Virus record (IMG/VR): IMGVR_UViG_3300021142_000073 | Span: 1-41,063 of that record | Strand: one strand, 5' to 3' | Length of the DNA: 41,063 bases | Source: a virus | Taxonomy: Duplodnaviria > Caudoviricetes | Part shown: positions 1 to 12,700 of the stretch, piece after piece | Layout: each line of letters begins with the position of its first letter | How positions within the stretch are numbered: position 1 is the first letter of the stretch | Notes under the pieces: generated by a model | Databases searched by the model: none | What the model saw: the letters and a program-made list of their open reading frames with translations, nothing else | What the model was told of the DNA's origin: nothing | Position numbers and translations under genes: made by a program

Positions 1-127
1 ATGGAAGCAACAATTACATTGCTTCTTCTACTTATTCTGGAAGTCCTTATGGAGTTTATCTTGCATTTAAAGATGGCTCTGGAACTTGGCATCAATGTCC
101 AATTAATTTTGCTTAATATAATTTATG
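1..127. repeat. 127-bp terminal direct repeat (identical to 40937-41063); circular assembly overlap
   Basis: Bases 1-127 equal 40937-41063. The length matches a common assembler k-mer, and the repeat runs through the end of a tail gene into the ATG of the next gene. Confidence 0.95.
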
Positions 128-406
128 GCTGACCCTACACCAAATTCTAATCCTGCACCTGTTAAAGTAATTCCAAAGCCAGTACCCCCTCCTGCACCTA
201 CTGGTCCATATTCATATTCTATTGCTGCTGGCAAAACAGTTGTGCTTGTAAACGACAAAAATGTTGTTACTATGGTAAATAGTCCAGTTAAAGATATTCG
301 CATCTTTACCCAATGGAGCGTAAATACGTACGCTGACCAAGCAACTGCTATGGCAGACATTACTGCAAAGGGCTGGACTTATACACCACCTTCTCCCACT
401 AAATAA
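125..406 (+). CDS. small Pro-rich virion/tail-associated protein (hypothetical)
   Basis: 93-aa ORF directly after the tail fibre gene across the circular join. Confidence 0.6.
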   Translation: MADPTPNSNPAPVKVIPKPVPPPAPTGPYSYSIAAGKTVVLVNDKNVVTMVNSPVKDIRIFTQWSVNTYADQATAMADITAKGWTYTPPSPTK

Positions 407-407
407 C

Positions 408-551
408 ATGATTATCTCGATTATCGCTTCGTTTGTTCTTGGTTTTATTACTGGTGCATTGATTTTCCGAAACAATGCTACTAAGGTTAATACTGCCATT
501 TCCAACGCAGAAACTAAGGTAGAAAACGTAGTTACTGAAATTAAGAAGTAA
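408..551 (+). CDS. 47-aa single-TM membrane protein (not in ORF track)
   Basis: MIISIIASFVLGFITGALIFRNNATK...KK*; fills the gap and its stop overlaps the next ATG (TAATG). Confidence 0.7.
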   Translation: MIISIIASFVLGFITGALIFRNNATKVNTAISNAETKVENVVTEIKK

Positions 552-2170
552 TGCCTGTCCAATGGCTTAAAGATGGAGATTTGTCGTTCATTGGCTTAAA
601 CAGCCGTGACAATCCTGCCGCTTTGCCACAAGGATACGTTAGTCAATCCCAGAACTTTAGATTTGATAGAGGTGTAGCCGCTTCTAGATTAGGACTTAAA
701 AGATGTACTAGTCCTGCTCTTGTAGGGCAGACAGTCTATGGTTCTGGGTTTTTTGTTGATGATGATGGTCAAGAACACATCATTGTAATTGTTACAGATG
801 GTTTATACCATTATAACCCACAAAATCAGGAATTATCTGCTAAGGTTAATTTTCCAACTGGGGAAATTATTACAACTGGTGATGGTTGTGATGTAGTTCA
901 AGCCAGAAATAAAGTGTTTATTACAAGAGGATATACAAAGCGTCCTCTTATGTGGGATTTAAATGTAACGATTGTTGCATTAAGCACATCTCCAAGCGGT
1001 TATGCACAGCAATTTCCAAATTGTTCACAATTGATTTATTATTGCAACCGATTGTTTGCCCAAGGTGCTTATTATTCTAGCACAAACCCATTAGATAACA
1101 ATTATACAGTCTGCGTATCTAATTACCTTGATGAAACGCAATGGGATGTTTTAGACGCATTTACAATCAATAACGGTGGTAATGACCATTGTACAGCAAT
1201 GGCTACATGGACAACCAACTGGATTACCATCTTTATGCGTAACAGCATCTACCAGTTAGGTGTTGGCTACGGCAGACAGGCAGTTTCAGCCCCTTTGCCA
1301 ACTGATACATCATTACAGTCACTTGTTACAGATATCGGCTGTATTGCAAAAAGAAGCGTCATTTCTGCTAATGGTGGTATTATTTTCCTATCTGATAATG
1401 GTGTTTATGCTTTAAACCCTTTAAGTGGTATTGGCACTAATGATTCGGTAAAGTTGATGAGTACGTCTCAATCTTTATCTGCTCCAATTCATGACGTAAT
1501 CCTTAGAATCAATAAAACTTATGCTTATCGTGCCGTTGCTACCTATTGGAATCATAGATATTATCTTGCTGTTCCTCTGGACGATAGCACAGTTAATAAC
1601 GCTATTCTTGTATATAATTTTACAAACCAAGCGTGGGAGTCTGTTGATACTTACCCTGCTGGTTTTGATGCGTTTAATTTTATAATCGCTAAAGTCGATA
1701 ATAAGCGAGAAATCTTTGCGATTGATACAAATCAAGGGATTTTTATGATGGAACAGAATCCATACGATGAATTTGGTGCTTCTACTGGTATTCCTATTCT
1801 TCCATTTTATATTCCTAGCATTTTATCGCCATCTGCGTTCCAAACTAATCAAATCAATTCAGTATTGACAACTAGGAAATATACCCTAGGAAATTACCAA
1901 GATAAGCGGTTTTCTAGTTGCGAAATAGATTATCTATTCCAATCAGGTTCTGCGGTTGATGTTTATGCTATTGTGTCAAACCCTGATGCAACAGATAAAC
2001 TTGAGTCTTATGGAAGTGCGTTAAATAATGATGAAACACGCAGAAATCCAATTAGAAAATTTGGGACTGGAATTCAATTACAATTCGTAACAAAATCTTT
2101 AACACCTTACATTAGGGCTATCTTTATTCATGCCTCACAAACTGTAAGAAATATCATTTCAAAGAAATAA
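551..2170 (+). CDS. tail nozzle / DNA stabilisation protein (tail tubular B / P22 gp10-like, probable beta-propeller)
   Basis: 539 aa, beta-rich; motifs FIGLNSRD..QNFRFD near the N-terminus and IGCIAKRSV..IIFLSDNGVY; podovirus synteny. Confidence 0.7.
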   Translation: MPVQWLKDGDLSFIGLNSRDNPAALPQGYVSQSQNFRFDRGVAASRLGLKRCTSPALVGQTVYGSGFFVDDDGQEHIIVIVTDGLYHYNPQNQELSAKVNFPTGEIITTGDGCDVVQARNKVFITRGYTKRPLMWDLNVTIVALSTSPSGYAQQFPNCSQLIYYCNRLFAQGAYYSSTNPLDNNYTVCVSNYLDETQWDVLDAFTINNGGNDHCTAMATWTTNWITIFMRNSIYQLGVGYGRQAVSAPLPTDTSLQSLVTDIGCIAKRSVISANGGIIFLSDNGVYALNPLSGIGTNDSVKLMSTSQSLSAPIHDVILRINKTYAYRAVATYWNHRYYLAVPLDDSTVNNAILVYNFTNQAWESVDTYPAGFDAFNFIIAKVDNKREIFAIDTNQGIFMMEQNPYDEFGASTGIPILPFYIPSILSPSAFQTNQINSVLTTRKYTLGNYQDKRFSSCEIDYLFQSGSAVDVYAIVSNPDATDKLESYGSALNNDETRRNPIRKFGTGIQLQFVTKSLTPYIRAIFIHASQTVRNIISKK

Positions 2171-2171
2171 C

Positions 2172-3203
2172 ATGGCACAAATTAACAAAGGCGATACTTT
2201 TGCTGACGGACAACAAGTTACTGGAGCAAGACTTAATCAATTATTAGACTCTGCAACGTTGTTGGCTGGGGCTATTACGTCTCAACCACAAGTTGCTACT
2301 AATGCTTTAGCGGCTGGAGATTATGTACTTGTAACGCAAGGCGGTGTACTTTCTAAGGCATTAATTTCCGACTTATTAACATCAACTGGAATTGGTGTTA
2401 TTAACTTATTCAGTATTAATCAAATTAATGGTCAAGTTGGAAGTTCTGCTAATTTGCAAATTGGTAGTCTTGGTGTTATTTGTAATTTAAGTACTTATGG
2501 TAGTTATACCCAATGGTCATCTACTACAAATACTAATCCAATGGTTGGAGACTATCAAGTTTCTTTAAATGAAAATGCTTTAGTTTCTGGTGCTAAATCT
2601 AGTTTTTTGTGCAATTACGCTGGTTTATTTAATATTCCTAATGCAGACGCAAGATTTGCAACAAGTCTTACAATTCCAGTTGGCACTACTGGTGCTAGAC
2701 CTAGTTCTCCATTAACAGGAAACATTAGATACAACACGGATTTGGCAACTGTTGAGTTATATGACGGCTCAACGTGGATTAACTCTATTCCACCAAGAAC
2801 GTACATTAAACGTGGAATTACAACTGGTGCGACAGGTGCTGGCGTAGAAAATCTTATCTATCAAACTCCTACTATTCCAACGATTCCATCTATGGAAACT
2901 TGGACATATAAAGTAGAAGTATTTGTGTCGGCTGGTTATACTACTGGTAGCACACGTCCAGATGGTACTGTTCCATTTTTAAACGTTTATAAAAATTCTT
3001 CGTTACAAACTAAGATTCAAGCCACAACTAATGATTACGGCTCGTTTAATACTACCTATATTTATTCTTTTACGGCTTCTTCTGGGGACGTATGGGCATT
3101 TAAACACTACGCTGGAAGTACTTTAATTTCAGAGCCTTCTTACGTTGTTACCTTAAACAAGGTTCAAACTGCTACTATTTCTGACGCATCAACTTGCATC
3201 TAA
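2172..3203 (+). CDS. tail fibre/spike protein
   Basis: N-terminal VTGARLNQL anchor-like segment; IPVGTTGARP..G.IRYNTD...E.YDG.TW motif common in tail fibres; rich in G/T/S. Confidence 0.65.
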   Translation: MAQINKGDTFADGQQVTGARLNQLLDSATLLAGAITSQPQVATNALAAGDYVLVTQGGVLSKALISDLLTSTGIGVINLFSINQINGQVGSSANLQIGSLGVICNLSTYGSYTQWSSTTNTNPMVGDYQVSLNENALVSGAKSSFLCNYAGLFNIPNADARFATSLTIPVGTTGARPSSPLTGNIRYNTDLATVELYDGSTWINSIPPRTYIKRGITTGATGAGVENLIYQTPTIPTIPSMETWTYKVEVFVSAGYTTGSTRPDGTVPFLNVYKNSSLQTKIQATTNDYGSFNTTYIYSFTASSGDVWAFKHYAGSTLISEPSYVVTLNKVQTATISDASTCI

Positions 3204-3634
3204 TGAATATTTTTGACCTAATCAATTTCATTCGTAACGAGCGAAACAAGTCAAAAAGACCTGTTTTTCAGTTATTTGATGGATTAGAGTTAAAAGTTTT
3301 CTTAACTTGGGCTGATACATTTAAATATCTTTTTGTAAATTTTAACGACAAAAAGCAAGTTGATGGCGTATTAATTACTTATCCTATTAATGAAGAATAC
3401 AAAGGCGATGCAGATATGTTTTTCAAGTACTCAAAAATCGTGCCATTTAATGAAGAATTTAAACACGAATATTTTGTGGCTGAGATTCTTGCAACGAATC
3501 ACCAAGCCAGAGTAGGCTTAATTAAGTCTGCTTTAATAAGATTTCCAGAATTAAAGACCAACAATGTGTGGTCCACTCAATACGGCAGAGTGAAAAAAGT
3601 GCCTAACAAACTAATTACAAATTTAACAAAATAA
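3203..3634 (+). CDS. hypothetical protein preceding the ejection genes (possible GNAT-like fold)
   Basis: ATG at 3203 overlaps the previous stop; position matches the small assembly proteins found before ejection genes in podoviruses. Confidence 0.45.
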   Translation: MNIFDLINFIRNERNKSKRPVFQLFDGLELKVFLTWADTFKYLFVNFNDKKQVDGVLITYPINEEYKGDADMFFKYSKIVPFNEEFKHEYFVAEILATNHQARVGLIKSALIRFPELKTNNVWSTQYGRVKKVPNKLITNLTK

Positions 3635-3638
3635 TACT

Positions 3639-4511
3639 ATGGGCGGAAAATCTGTTCAAACACCTACACCTAGAGACTATCTTGGAGAAATGCAAGGTGC
3701 ATTAAATGCACAAGCAGGAATTCAAAATCAATTACTTGGCTTACAAGGTCAATATATGCCTCAATACCAGCAACTCATGCAGACTGGTATGCAAGGTCAA
3801 TTAGGGGTTACTAACAATTTATTTGGTACTGCTATTGGTCAATCTGCTGGATTGCAACAACAGCAATACAATGCCAACGCTGGTTTATATAATCAGATTG
3901 GTGCTGGCTCGGCTAATGCTTATAATAGTATGCTTGGTGCTGGTGGTGCTAATTTAATGGCATCCCAAACTGGTGCGGCTAATCAAGCATTGGCTCAAGG
4001 GTCTAATCTTAGTCCACAAGGAATTCAAGCGGCTCAACAATCGGCTAGAGCGGCTATGGCTGGTAGGGGTCTTGATTACAGCAATAATCAAGGTATTGCT
4101 CAAGAAGTATTTAATAACTATGCTTTAGGTCAGCAACAACTTGCTAGTAATCGTGCTTATGCTGGTCAAGTTGCTGGTCAAAACCTTCAACAAGCCAATT
4201 CTGCTTATAGTTCATTCGGTCAGCCTCAAATTGCATCCATGCAAGGTCTTAATGCAAGCAATTTACTAGGTCAATCATACAGTATGTATCAGAATCCTAC
4301 GGCTGGTATGCTCTTTAATCCTGAATCGCAATATAACTCTCAACTTATTTCTGCTAACCAACAAAATGCAATGCAAGCACAAATTGCAAATGCACAATCA
4401 AGTGCTGGTTTAACAAGTGGATTGCTTGGAATGACTGGACAACTTGGTGGTGCTATTGGAAGTTACATGGGAAGCAGTTCTATTGCTGATGCACTTATGT
4501 TTGCAGCATAA
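3639..4511 (+). CDS. DNA ejection/pilot protein 1
   Basis: MGGKSVQTP start, Q/A/G/N-rich helical body and Gly-rich hydrophobic C-terminus; first of three genes of increasing size. Confidence 0.65.
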   Translation: MGGKSVQTPTPRDYLGEMQGALNAQAGIQNQLLGLQGQYMPQYQQLMQTGMQGQLGVTNNLFGTAIGQSAGLQQQQYNANAGLYNQIGAGSANAYNSMLGAGGANLMASQTGAANQALAQGSNLSPQGIQAAQQSARAAMAGRGLDYSNNQGIAQEVFNNYALGQQQLASNRAYAGQVAGQNLQQANSAYSSFGQPQIASMQGLNASNLLGQSYSMYQNPTAGMLFNPESQYNSQLISANQQNAMQAQIANAQSSAGLTSGLLGMTGQLGGAIGSYMGSSSIADALMFAA

Positions 4512-4519
4512 TAAAATTT

Positions 4520-6754
4520 ATGTCTTTATTTCAACAATACACAAATGGTGTTCAACCTGTAACTGGAGTTTCAGAAGCAGGTGCTAACATTGGTAAGATG
4601 TACCAACAAGGTCTTACAAACTTTGGACTAGGCATTGCAGGTGGCGTTAAAGATTATAGCAATGACATGGTGGAAGCCACAAAAGAATACGTTAAAAACA
4701 AACGTATGTCTGATTCTGCTGATGCTGAAAATCAAGGATTATTAACAACTGCTCAATCTTATGCTAATTTAGCAAAAAATAATCCAGATTTAGCACCTTG
4801 GGCAGATTCTTTACAGCAACATATGTTAAACCATCAAGATTTTAACAAAAAAGGTCTTGGTGCAAAACTTACATCTAATGCTGAATTGAAAGATTTTTTA
4901 GGTCGTTTTGATGATTTTAATAAACAACAACAAGTTGTTAATGCTGATAGAAATTTTTCTCAATCAGCACCATTAATGGCTCAGTCTGTAAAATCTCAAC
5001 TTAATGCTAATTTAAATTCACTTCAAGGAATTCAAGGTACTGAACAGCAACAAGACGTTATTAAAAAGCATCTTGGAATGTTAGATGGAATTGAAAATCT
5101 TCCAACTTCTCAACAAAGAATAATTCTTGGTCTTACATCTAATGTAGCAAATAATTTTAATGCAAATCTTACAACAAGCCAAGCAACAAATGGTTTATTG
5201 CAAAATCAACAAAATACAGACGAATTATTATCTCAACATAAGAAAAATTTACAACAAATTCAAGATAGTAATCCTAAAAACGAATCATGGAAATACATTA
5301 ATGATGCGGCTAGCGATTTAATCAATAAAATTGACAAAGCAAAAACACCATCCGAAAAAACTTCGGTTTTGCAAGGCGTTGGTGCTTTTATGACTACTTA
5401 TCCAGCGTTAAATCAATTGGCTGGTCAAACTGAACAAAGAAGAACTTATAGCGATATTATTTCTGGGTTAAATGACAAGAATTTAACATCAACTATTTCT
5501 CAAAAACCTGCAATGACGGAATTTAATTCATTTAATTCTAGTCAAACTCCACAAGAGTATTTTAATGCAACTGAAAAACAAGCAGAATCTATTTCTAATT
5601 TATTGCAAAAATCACATGGACAACCTGTAAATAAAGATGAATTAGTTAGAAACATTATTAATTCTAATATTAATTCTTTGGAAAAAAGCGGGATGCCAGC
5701 AGAACAAGTAAGTAGATTTATTAGTGCTGCAAATGCTTATGACAGAACTAAACAACATTATGCAAATGGAGAAGAACAAGACCCAACAGATGAGTCTATT
5801 TTAAATAATCCATTAAATGAAAAACTTGCTGAATATGGTGGAAAATTACCTGCTGGAACTACAAATCAGCCATTAAGCAATATAATGCTTCCTCCTCATA
5901 AATATAATGTTGGAACAATGGAAGGTCGTGCTAATTTAGATGAAAATGAGATTAAAAACAATGTAATTAACGCAATTAAAGCCAAAAATAATGGCGAATT
6001 ACCACCTTCTTTTGCGTCTAATTGGGCGGCTTTATTCCCAGAATCTCAATTCCATACTGTTACTGCTCCAAATGGTGCTACGTTGGTATATGAACCAAAA
6101 GACCAATCTTGGAAAGAAATTAATCCTCCTAATGCTGAAATTCAAAATAAAATCAAAAATTCTCAGTTTTATGAAAAAGATGACCAAGGAAATGTACAAA
6201 GAGACAAAAATGGAAATGCTATTGGAGAACGCCTTGGAGGTCAAAATAGTCCTTATGTTGCTTATGGAACTTATACAGGAAAAGATAGTGAAAAAACTAG
6301 GGCTGATTTAAATGGTATGGCTGATGCTATTAAAACCATTAATAGATTGAAAGAGATTACTAATATGCAAGGAAAGTCCTTATCTCCAGAAATTAGAGCA
6401 GAAGCACAAAATTTAGCCGTTCATTTACAATCTGTTGCAAGAAATGCATATTTTCCATCTGGACGTGTTGCTGAATGGGAACAATCTAGAATTGAACAAG
6501 TAGCCAGAAATCCTGCTGTTATTTTCTCGTTAGATTCAGCATCTAAAAAATCTTTAGATACATTAAAAGATGACTTAGAAAGTCGTCTAATGAATTATAA
6601 TAAAGGAAATGGAATTAGGATTGAAAAACAAGAAATTCCCAAAAATAATCCAGAGTCATCTATTTCTGAATTAAGAAAACAAAATAGATTAAATCAACAA
6701 CAATTTAACAATCACCTTCTAAAAGGATATACAAGCCAACCTTTAACTCAATAA
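4520..6754 (+). CDS. DNA ejection/internal virion protein 2
   Basis: 744 aa, Q/N-rich and helical; lies between the pilot protein and the giant internal protein. Confidence 0.6.
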   Translation: MSLFQQYTNGVQPVTGVSEAGANIGKMYQQGLTNFGLGIAGGVKDYSNDMVEATKEYVKNKRMSDSADAENQGLLTTAQSYANLAKNNPDLAPWADSLQQHMLNHQDFNKKGLGAKLTSNAELKDFLGRFDDFNKQQQVVNADRNFSQSAPLMAQSVKSQLNANLNSLQGIQGTEQQQDVIKKHLGMLDGIENLPTSQQRIILGLTSNVANNFNANLTTSQATNGLLQNQQNTDELLSQHKKNLQQIQDSNPKNESWKYINDAASDLINKIDKAKTPSEKTSVLQGVGAFMTTYPALNQLAGQTEQRRTYSDIISGLNDKNLTSTISQKPAMTEFNSFNSSQTPQEYFNATEKQAESISNLLQKSHGQPVNKDELVRNIINSNINSLEKSGMPAEQVSRFISAANAYDRTKQHYANGEEQDPTDESILNNPLNEKLAEYGGKLPAGTTNQPLSNIMLPPHKYNVGTMEGRANLDENEIKNNVINAIKAKNNGELPPSFASNWAALFPESQFHTVTAPNGATLVYEPKDQSWKEINPPNAEIQNKIKNSQFYEKDDQGNVQRDKNGNAIGERLGGQNSPYVAYGTYTGKDSEKTRADLNGMADAIKTINRLKEITNMQGKSLSPEIRAEAQNLAVHLQSVARNAYFPSGRVAEWEQSRIEQVARNPAVIFSLDSASKKSLDTLKDDLESRLMNYNKGNGIRIEKQEIPKNNPESSISELRKQNRLNQQQFNNHLLKGYTSQPLTQ

Positions 6755-6757
6755 AAA

Positions 6758-9700
6758 ATGGGAGAAATCTTTGAATCTAATTCTGGTGCATTTCATAATG
6801 ACCCAGAAACAGGCAATAAAATTCCAGTTATTACTGGCAATCAAGATGTTGATGCTAAGTTAAATGGAATGACAAATGATGAAAGAGATGAATATTTCAA
6901 ACAATTAAACGCTCCACTAAAAGGAGAAGAAATTGCTGATTTATTACAAAATGCTGGTCAAAATGGATATAAGCCAACCAAGGAAGAATTTCAAACGTTT
7001 AAAGCATACAGAGATACGATTGCTACTGATTATTTAAAAAATATCAATGATGCGGCTACTTATATGTATGGTGAAGGTCTTTATGGTTTAAAACATATTG
7101 CGACAGCAGGAGCTGGAAACCCCGAAGCCTTATTAATGGGTGGAATTAGTCCTTATGAACTTGCTGAATCATTTGCACGTGGAACAAGAAATTTAGGCGG
7201 TATGCTTCTTGAATCAGAGGACCCTAATAGTATCTTTTTTAAATCATCTAAAATGTGGAGAAGCATGAATGAAAGTGCTTACCCTTGGATGCAACAATCA
7301 AATAATCCAGATGATTTAGAGTATAACACTTTTTTAGATGCTCTTAATTTTAGACTTGAAACCGAAAAACTAGCAAATGGAGACGAGACATTATTAGTTG
7401 GAAAAAATCATATTGACAATAGGTTTGTAGAAGCGGCTTCTACCATTACAGACCCATCATGGTTTGTAAATGCTGAAGAACTTACAATACCATTAAAATT
7501 ATTAACTAAAAGTGTTGTTGGTGTTGAAAATTTACAAAGATTCAACAATGTAGTTGGAAAAGCAGGTGCTATTACAAACAAAATTAAAAATGGTGTTTTA
7601 GGTGGTGCTTTAAAATTTGGAGGTATGCCAATTGAATTCATTGGTAATGCCGTAAGGGGAAGTATTGATACAGCAACAGAACTTGGAGGAAAAGCATTTA
7701 ATGGATTAACTGGAGTGCCTATTAATGATTTTAAGGCTACTGCTAAACTTGGAACTATTGGTGCAGGAGTTTCTGGTATTGATGTTCCCTTAGTAGCAGG
7801 TGCTGGAAAAACATATTTAGGTGCTTCTTTGGCTATTGGTGTAGGAGAAGCAATGCAAGCAATAGGAACTCAAATCATGAAAGGTGAACGTGGTTTTATG
7901 AGTTATGCAGAAATGGCTTTAAAAGAATCTGTGGAAAATGGAGTTAAATTAACTGAACCAGCAAAAAATATTCTTAAATTAATTCAAAGTGCTGACCCTT
8001 TATTTTCTTATGCTTCAAACTTTGGAAAAGGTGCTTTACATGGTGCTATTGTTGGTGGTGCTTTGGGATATTTAAGTGATGAAGAAGAAGGTTTATCTAA
8101 AGGTATTGGTGCTGGTTTAGCAATGGGAAGTATGGGTGCTTTAGTAAGTTCAACCGCTGGAAGTATTTCTGATGCTTCTGTAAATGCAAGAGCCGCTACG
8201 CAAGCAAAACTTGTAATGGAGAGTCTTAAAGAACATAATCCAGACAGGTATAATTTTTTTAAGGCTTATTATGATTACATTGAAACAAAGCGTAATAATG
8301 ACCCAAGATTAAGAGCATTAGCAGATAAGATGGTGTCTGGATTAGACCAAATTGCACCAGATGTTGCATTGCATTTATTAGACCCAAAAGGTTATCTTGA
8401 AGTTGCAAATAGACTTGGATTAGATGAAAATGCACGAGTTCGTGATGCCACTATCGGAAGCCTATCAAATGCTAATCCAAATGAACGTGCCATTATTTTA
8501 AGTTTATTAAGAGATTATTCTGGAAGATATGCTGGCAGACCAGAAGATTTTCAAAGAGAAGCAGAATCTGACGTAAGAGAACTTAGTCCTAAACAACAAG
8601 AATTGCTTAAAACTAAGGTTGAGCCTAGACCACAAGAACCTGCTCAACTGCACACAGATTTACCCTATGGCAGTCAAGAACGTATTGATTCTTACAATCA
8701 GAGTAGGGCTGTAAAAGAATGGGATGCTAAATATGATGAAACCCATTTTAGAAATGGTCATGCAAAACCAGCATGGATGCTTAAAGATGTTGAGGCTAGA
8801 CCTACTCAATATCAAATGCCTTACGACCAATGGAAGCGTTTAAACCCAGAGGAACAGCAAAAAGTAAGCAAGAAACAGCAAGATTCTAAGTGGGATGTTT
8901 CGGAGTGGGATAGAAAATATGCTGATACGCATGATTATACAGGTAAGCCATTAAAAGGTGAATCTTTGTACTTCCCAGATACCCCAGATAGATTAGCAAA
9001 TGTAAAAAGCCTTGAACAAGATGCTGTCAATAAGCATGAATCCCAATTAAGAGAACCACAAGGTCCAATTAAATTACAGGCTATTAAGCAAAAATGGGGT
9101 AGTCTTTCTGAAACAGGAAAAAGAACTTTTTTAGATATCCTTAAACAACATAGCGAATTATTTAAAGAAAAAACAAACAAAGAAGCATCGGCTTATTATG
9201 GTGATTTATTAGCCGCTGAAAACGCAAGAAAAGCCGTCCTTAAGGCTCATAATGGGAATATAGATACAAACCAAGTTCCTGATACATTAAAGGCTCAAAA
9301 ACTTGCTAAGGACTTTTTAGACGCTGAACGTAATCCTGATGGCAGTTTAACGCAACGTGGCAAAATGATTAAGACTAAGTTGCAACATGAAGGATTTGTT
9401 GATGAAAACGGAAACATAATGCAACGCCGTGAGGCTCAAAGATTACCAATCACTCTTGCTGATTTGAAATCTGCAAAAGGAATAACTCCTGAAAGAGATG
9501 CAAATGGTAGAGTTCATATTTATCTTAACTCTGATAATATGACTAGGGATACTTTCCCTCATGAATTATTTCACGCTATTATGCGAGAAACTGCTATGCG
9601 TGATATGTTTATTAAACCACTTGTTGATAAATTGTTAGGTACTTGGAAAGATGGAAAACAAGTTTCAAAACCAGTAGTAAATCTTAATGAAGTTTATCAA

Positions 9701-12700
9701 TTTTTAGACAATTATTACAAGAGACTTAATAAAGCAATATATTCAAATAGCAATAAAATTTATACTCCAGAGGCACATCAAGCGTTCATGGAAAACATTA
9801 AAAACGCTATTGATGAATACAAAAACTGGGATAATTCAAAAACCATTTCTAATAAAACTTTAGCATTATTACACAATGCCGTTGAAGAATTCGGTGCTAA
9901 TTACTTTAGCCATTGGCTAGTTGATACACCACCAGATTATTTATTTAGAGGCGGTGATTTAACAGGATTAAGAGGTATTGTTGATGATGTTAAATATGCT
10001 TGGGCTGATTATTGGGAATCTAAAATGAAATACGAAAATCCACAATTTGATTTTAGTGGAAACTTGGAACGTGGTTTTTTTGATAAAGCAGGAAATCGCA
10101 TTAAAAATGCTTCTTTAGATTACATGATGCGTGATATTCTTAGGGCTAAAGCAAATATGAATAAAGGTGTTTGGAGTCCATTAAGAATGTCTCCAGATGC
10201 TGTTAAGGCATACGTTCGTGGCAATGGTATGGCTAATGTCATTAAAACTGATGTTGCTGGCAGACCTAAATTATTAAAGGAATCAGAAGCAGAAAAACTC
10301 AATAGAGCCGCTGGTATTGCTATCAACAAGATTATTGAAGGGTTACCCCCAGAAGATAGAGTTGGTCTTAAAAAAGATGCTGATGGTAATTGGACTGGCA
10401 GATTAAACTCTAAAATCCTTGACATGATTGTTCAGTCTGGCTGGAGAGACAGAGCATGGGCTGACAAGATTGAACACGCTTATCGCATCATTGATGGCAA
10501 TGCTGAGAACGTTGTAGAAGCAGGTTATCTTGGTGCTACGGCACAAATTACTGATGCTTCATGGCCTCGCCTAACAGGAAAAGATGTTCCGTTCAAGAAC
10601 AGAAAATTCTTATTGTACGATGCAACAACAAAAATTGGACCTGATGGCACTTTCCATGTCTTGCTTCATTCGCTTGATATGCACGTCATTGAGAACAGAG
10701 CCAATGCTTTGTGGTCTAATCAAGAGTACAGAGATTTATGGTATGGCAACAGAGGTGCTATGGAAGCGGACTTCTTTAAGTACGTTCAAAACGCTTCTAA
10801 GCCTAGTTCTGAAAGATTGCAGTCTGCTAACTTGTTAAACAATGGTGACGGCAAAGGTGCTGAACGCCGTAATGTGCTTCACCAGATGCTTGGCATGGCT
10901 AAGACGGATGATAATCCATACTTTAACAAACCTATTGCCGAAATTCCACAGGGTTGGAGACAGTCTATCACTACATTTAATATTGATAGAATGACGCAAA
11001 TGCGTACCAGAGCAGGAGAACGCTTTGATTATAACCCAGAGAACGCTCATATTGCGTTATCGCATAACTGGAGTCCTGCTGATATGGAGTACGAAAACAC
11101 CAGTAATGGTCAAATTCTTAAACACGATTCTGAGTTTAAGTTTATTAGAGTAGGCAATTCTACCCAAGCATTTGATAATTTAGGCAGAAATTTAGGGTCT
11201 TTCCGTACGGCTGAAGAAGCCGCTAAAGCATCTAAAAAACTATTTGATACTAGAGTTAATAATCAAGAACAAGGTGGTCAAAAACTATTAGAACAAAACT
11301 ACGAAAGAATCGTTAAATTTTCACCTGCTTTATCTGATGAAGGAAAAGATGAGGCTTTTAAAAAAGGTGATGTTTATGATACTGATGAAATGAAGGCTTT
11401 TGTTAAAGGCAGACCACTTGTTGCTGGAGGATTAACTAGACAAGAATTAATTAAGAATTATTGGCATAATTTAATAGATTCAGATGGAAGTAAAATTAAA
11501 ACCTTTATTACACAACGTTATAAAGAAATTAAAGTTCAAATTAATAACAACAATAAACAAATTTCTGTTTTAAGGAAAAAAATAAATAATTTAGATTTTG
11601 GTTTTAGAAGCAGTGATGATGCTCAAAGAATTCTTCAAAATAAAGAATATATTTCTGCTGATGATTATCCATCTGAACTTAAATCTCAAATTAAAAATTT
11701 AACTGAACAATTAAAACTTTTAGATTCAAAGAATGATTTGTTTAGTGAGTTTATCAATACTTTTGAATCATATACTAATAAAAATGATAATTATAATGGA
11801 GGATTTATATATGATAAATCTTTTATTGTTAATATGTTAGAGGAAAGTAATCAAAGTATTTTATTTGGACACCTTTACGATGACCAAATTCAAACAGGAA
11901 AACCATTTGTTACTACTGCAACGCATGGTACTTCTTCTATTAAATTATTAACAAATAAAATTTTTTCAGAGGAAAGTTTAGGAAACAATACGCTTTGTTT
12001 ATCTGCCGAAATGGGAACATTTTTTGCTGGTTCTCAAGAAACTAGCACAGCATATGCTGATAAAGTAAAACATCAATTAAGGGCGGCTATTGCAATGGAC
12101 AATCCTCTTGTAGTTTCATTTCCTAGAGCATATGATGAAAGTTTTTTATCTCAACATATTCAAAGAGCCATTAATGGTGGATATGATGGAGTTGTATTTA
12201 AACAATTAGCCGACCCTGCTTATCCTGATACGATTTTTTGCGTATTAAAAGGAAAAACAAACGACAATATTAAAGTAATTGAAAGTTCCATTGATAAAAT
12301 AAACAGAGTTCCAAGAGGTAAAATGCCAGATGGCTCAAAGCCAATTAGCATATATCAAATGAACAATGGAAATACATCTCATTATCATGAATTCCTTGCA
12401 TTTAGTCCTAATGAAGAAGAACCTTCTCAAGAAGTAAAACAAAGAGCAAAAGAAGCAGGATATAGACCTACTGTTTATTATCATGGCACTAATAGGGATT
12501 TCAATGTATTTGATGCTAATGCAGAAAGACAATACGGTGAAAAAAGAAATGCAGGTATGTTTTTCTTTACTCCAAGATTAGATGAAGCAACTAATATTCA
12601 TAATGACACAAGTAAAGTAATGCCTGTTTTTCTAAAAGCAGACAATCCATTTAATACAGATTTAGGAAAATCTCCAAATTTTAACGTTTCTGATACTAAA

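Noticed and set aside
1-127. Terminal repeat as the biological genome end
   Set aside because: Its length equals a common assembly k-mer and it cuts through coding sequence; most likely a circularisation artefact.
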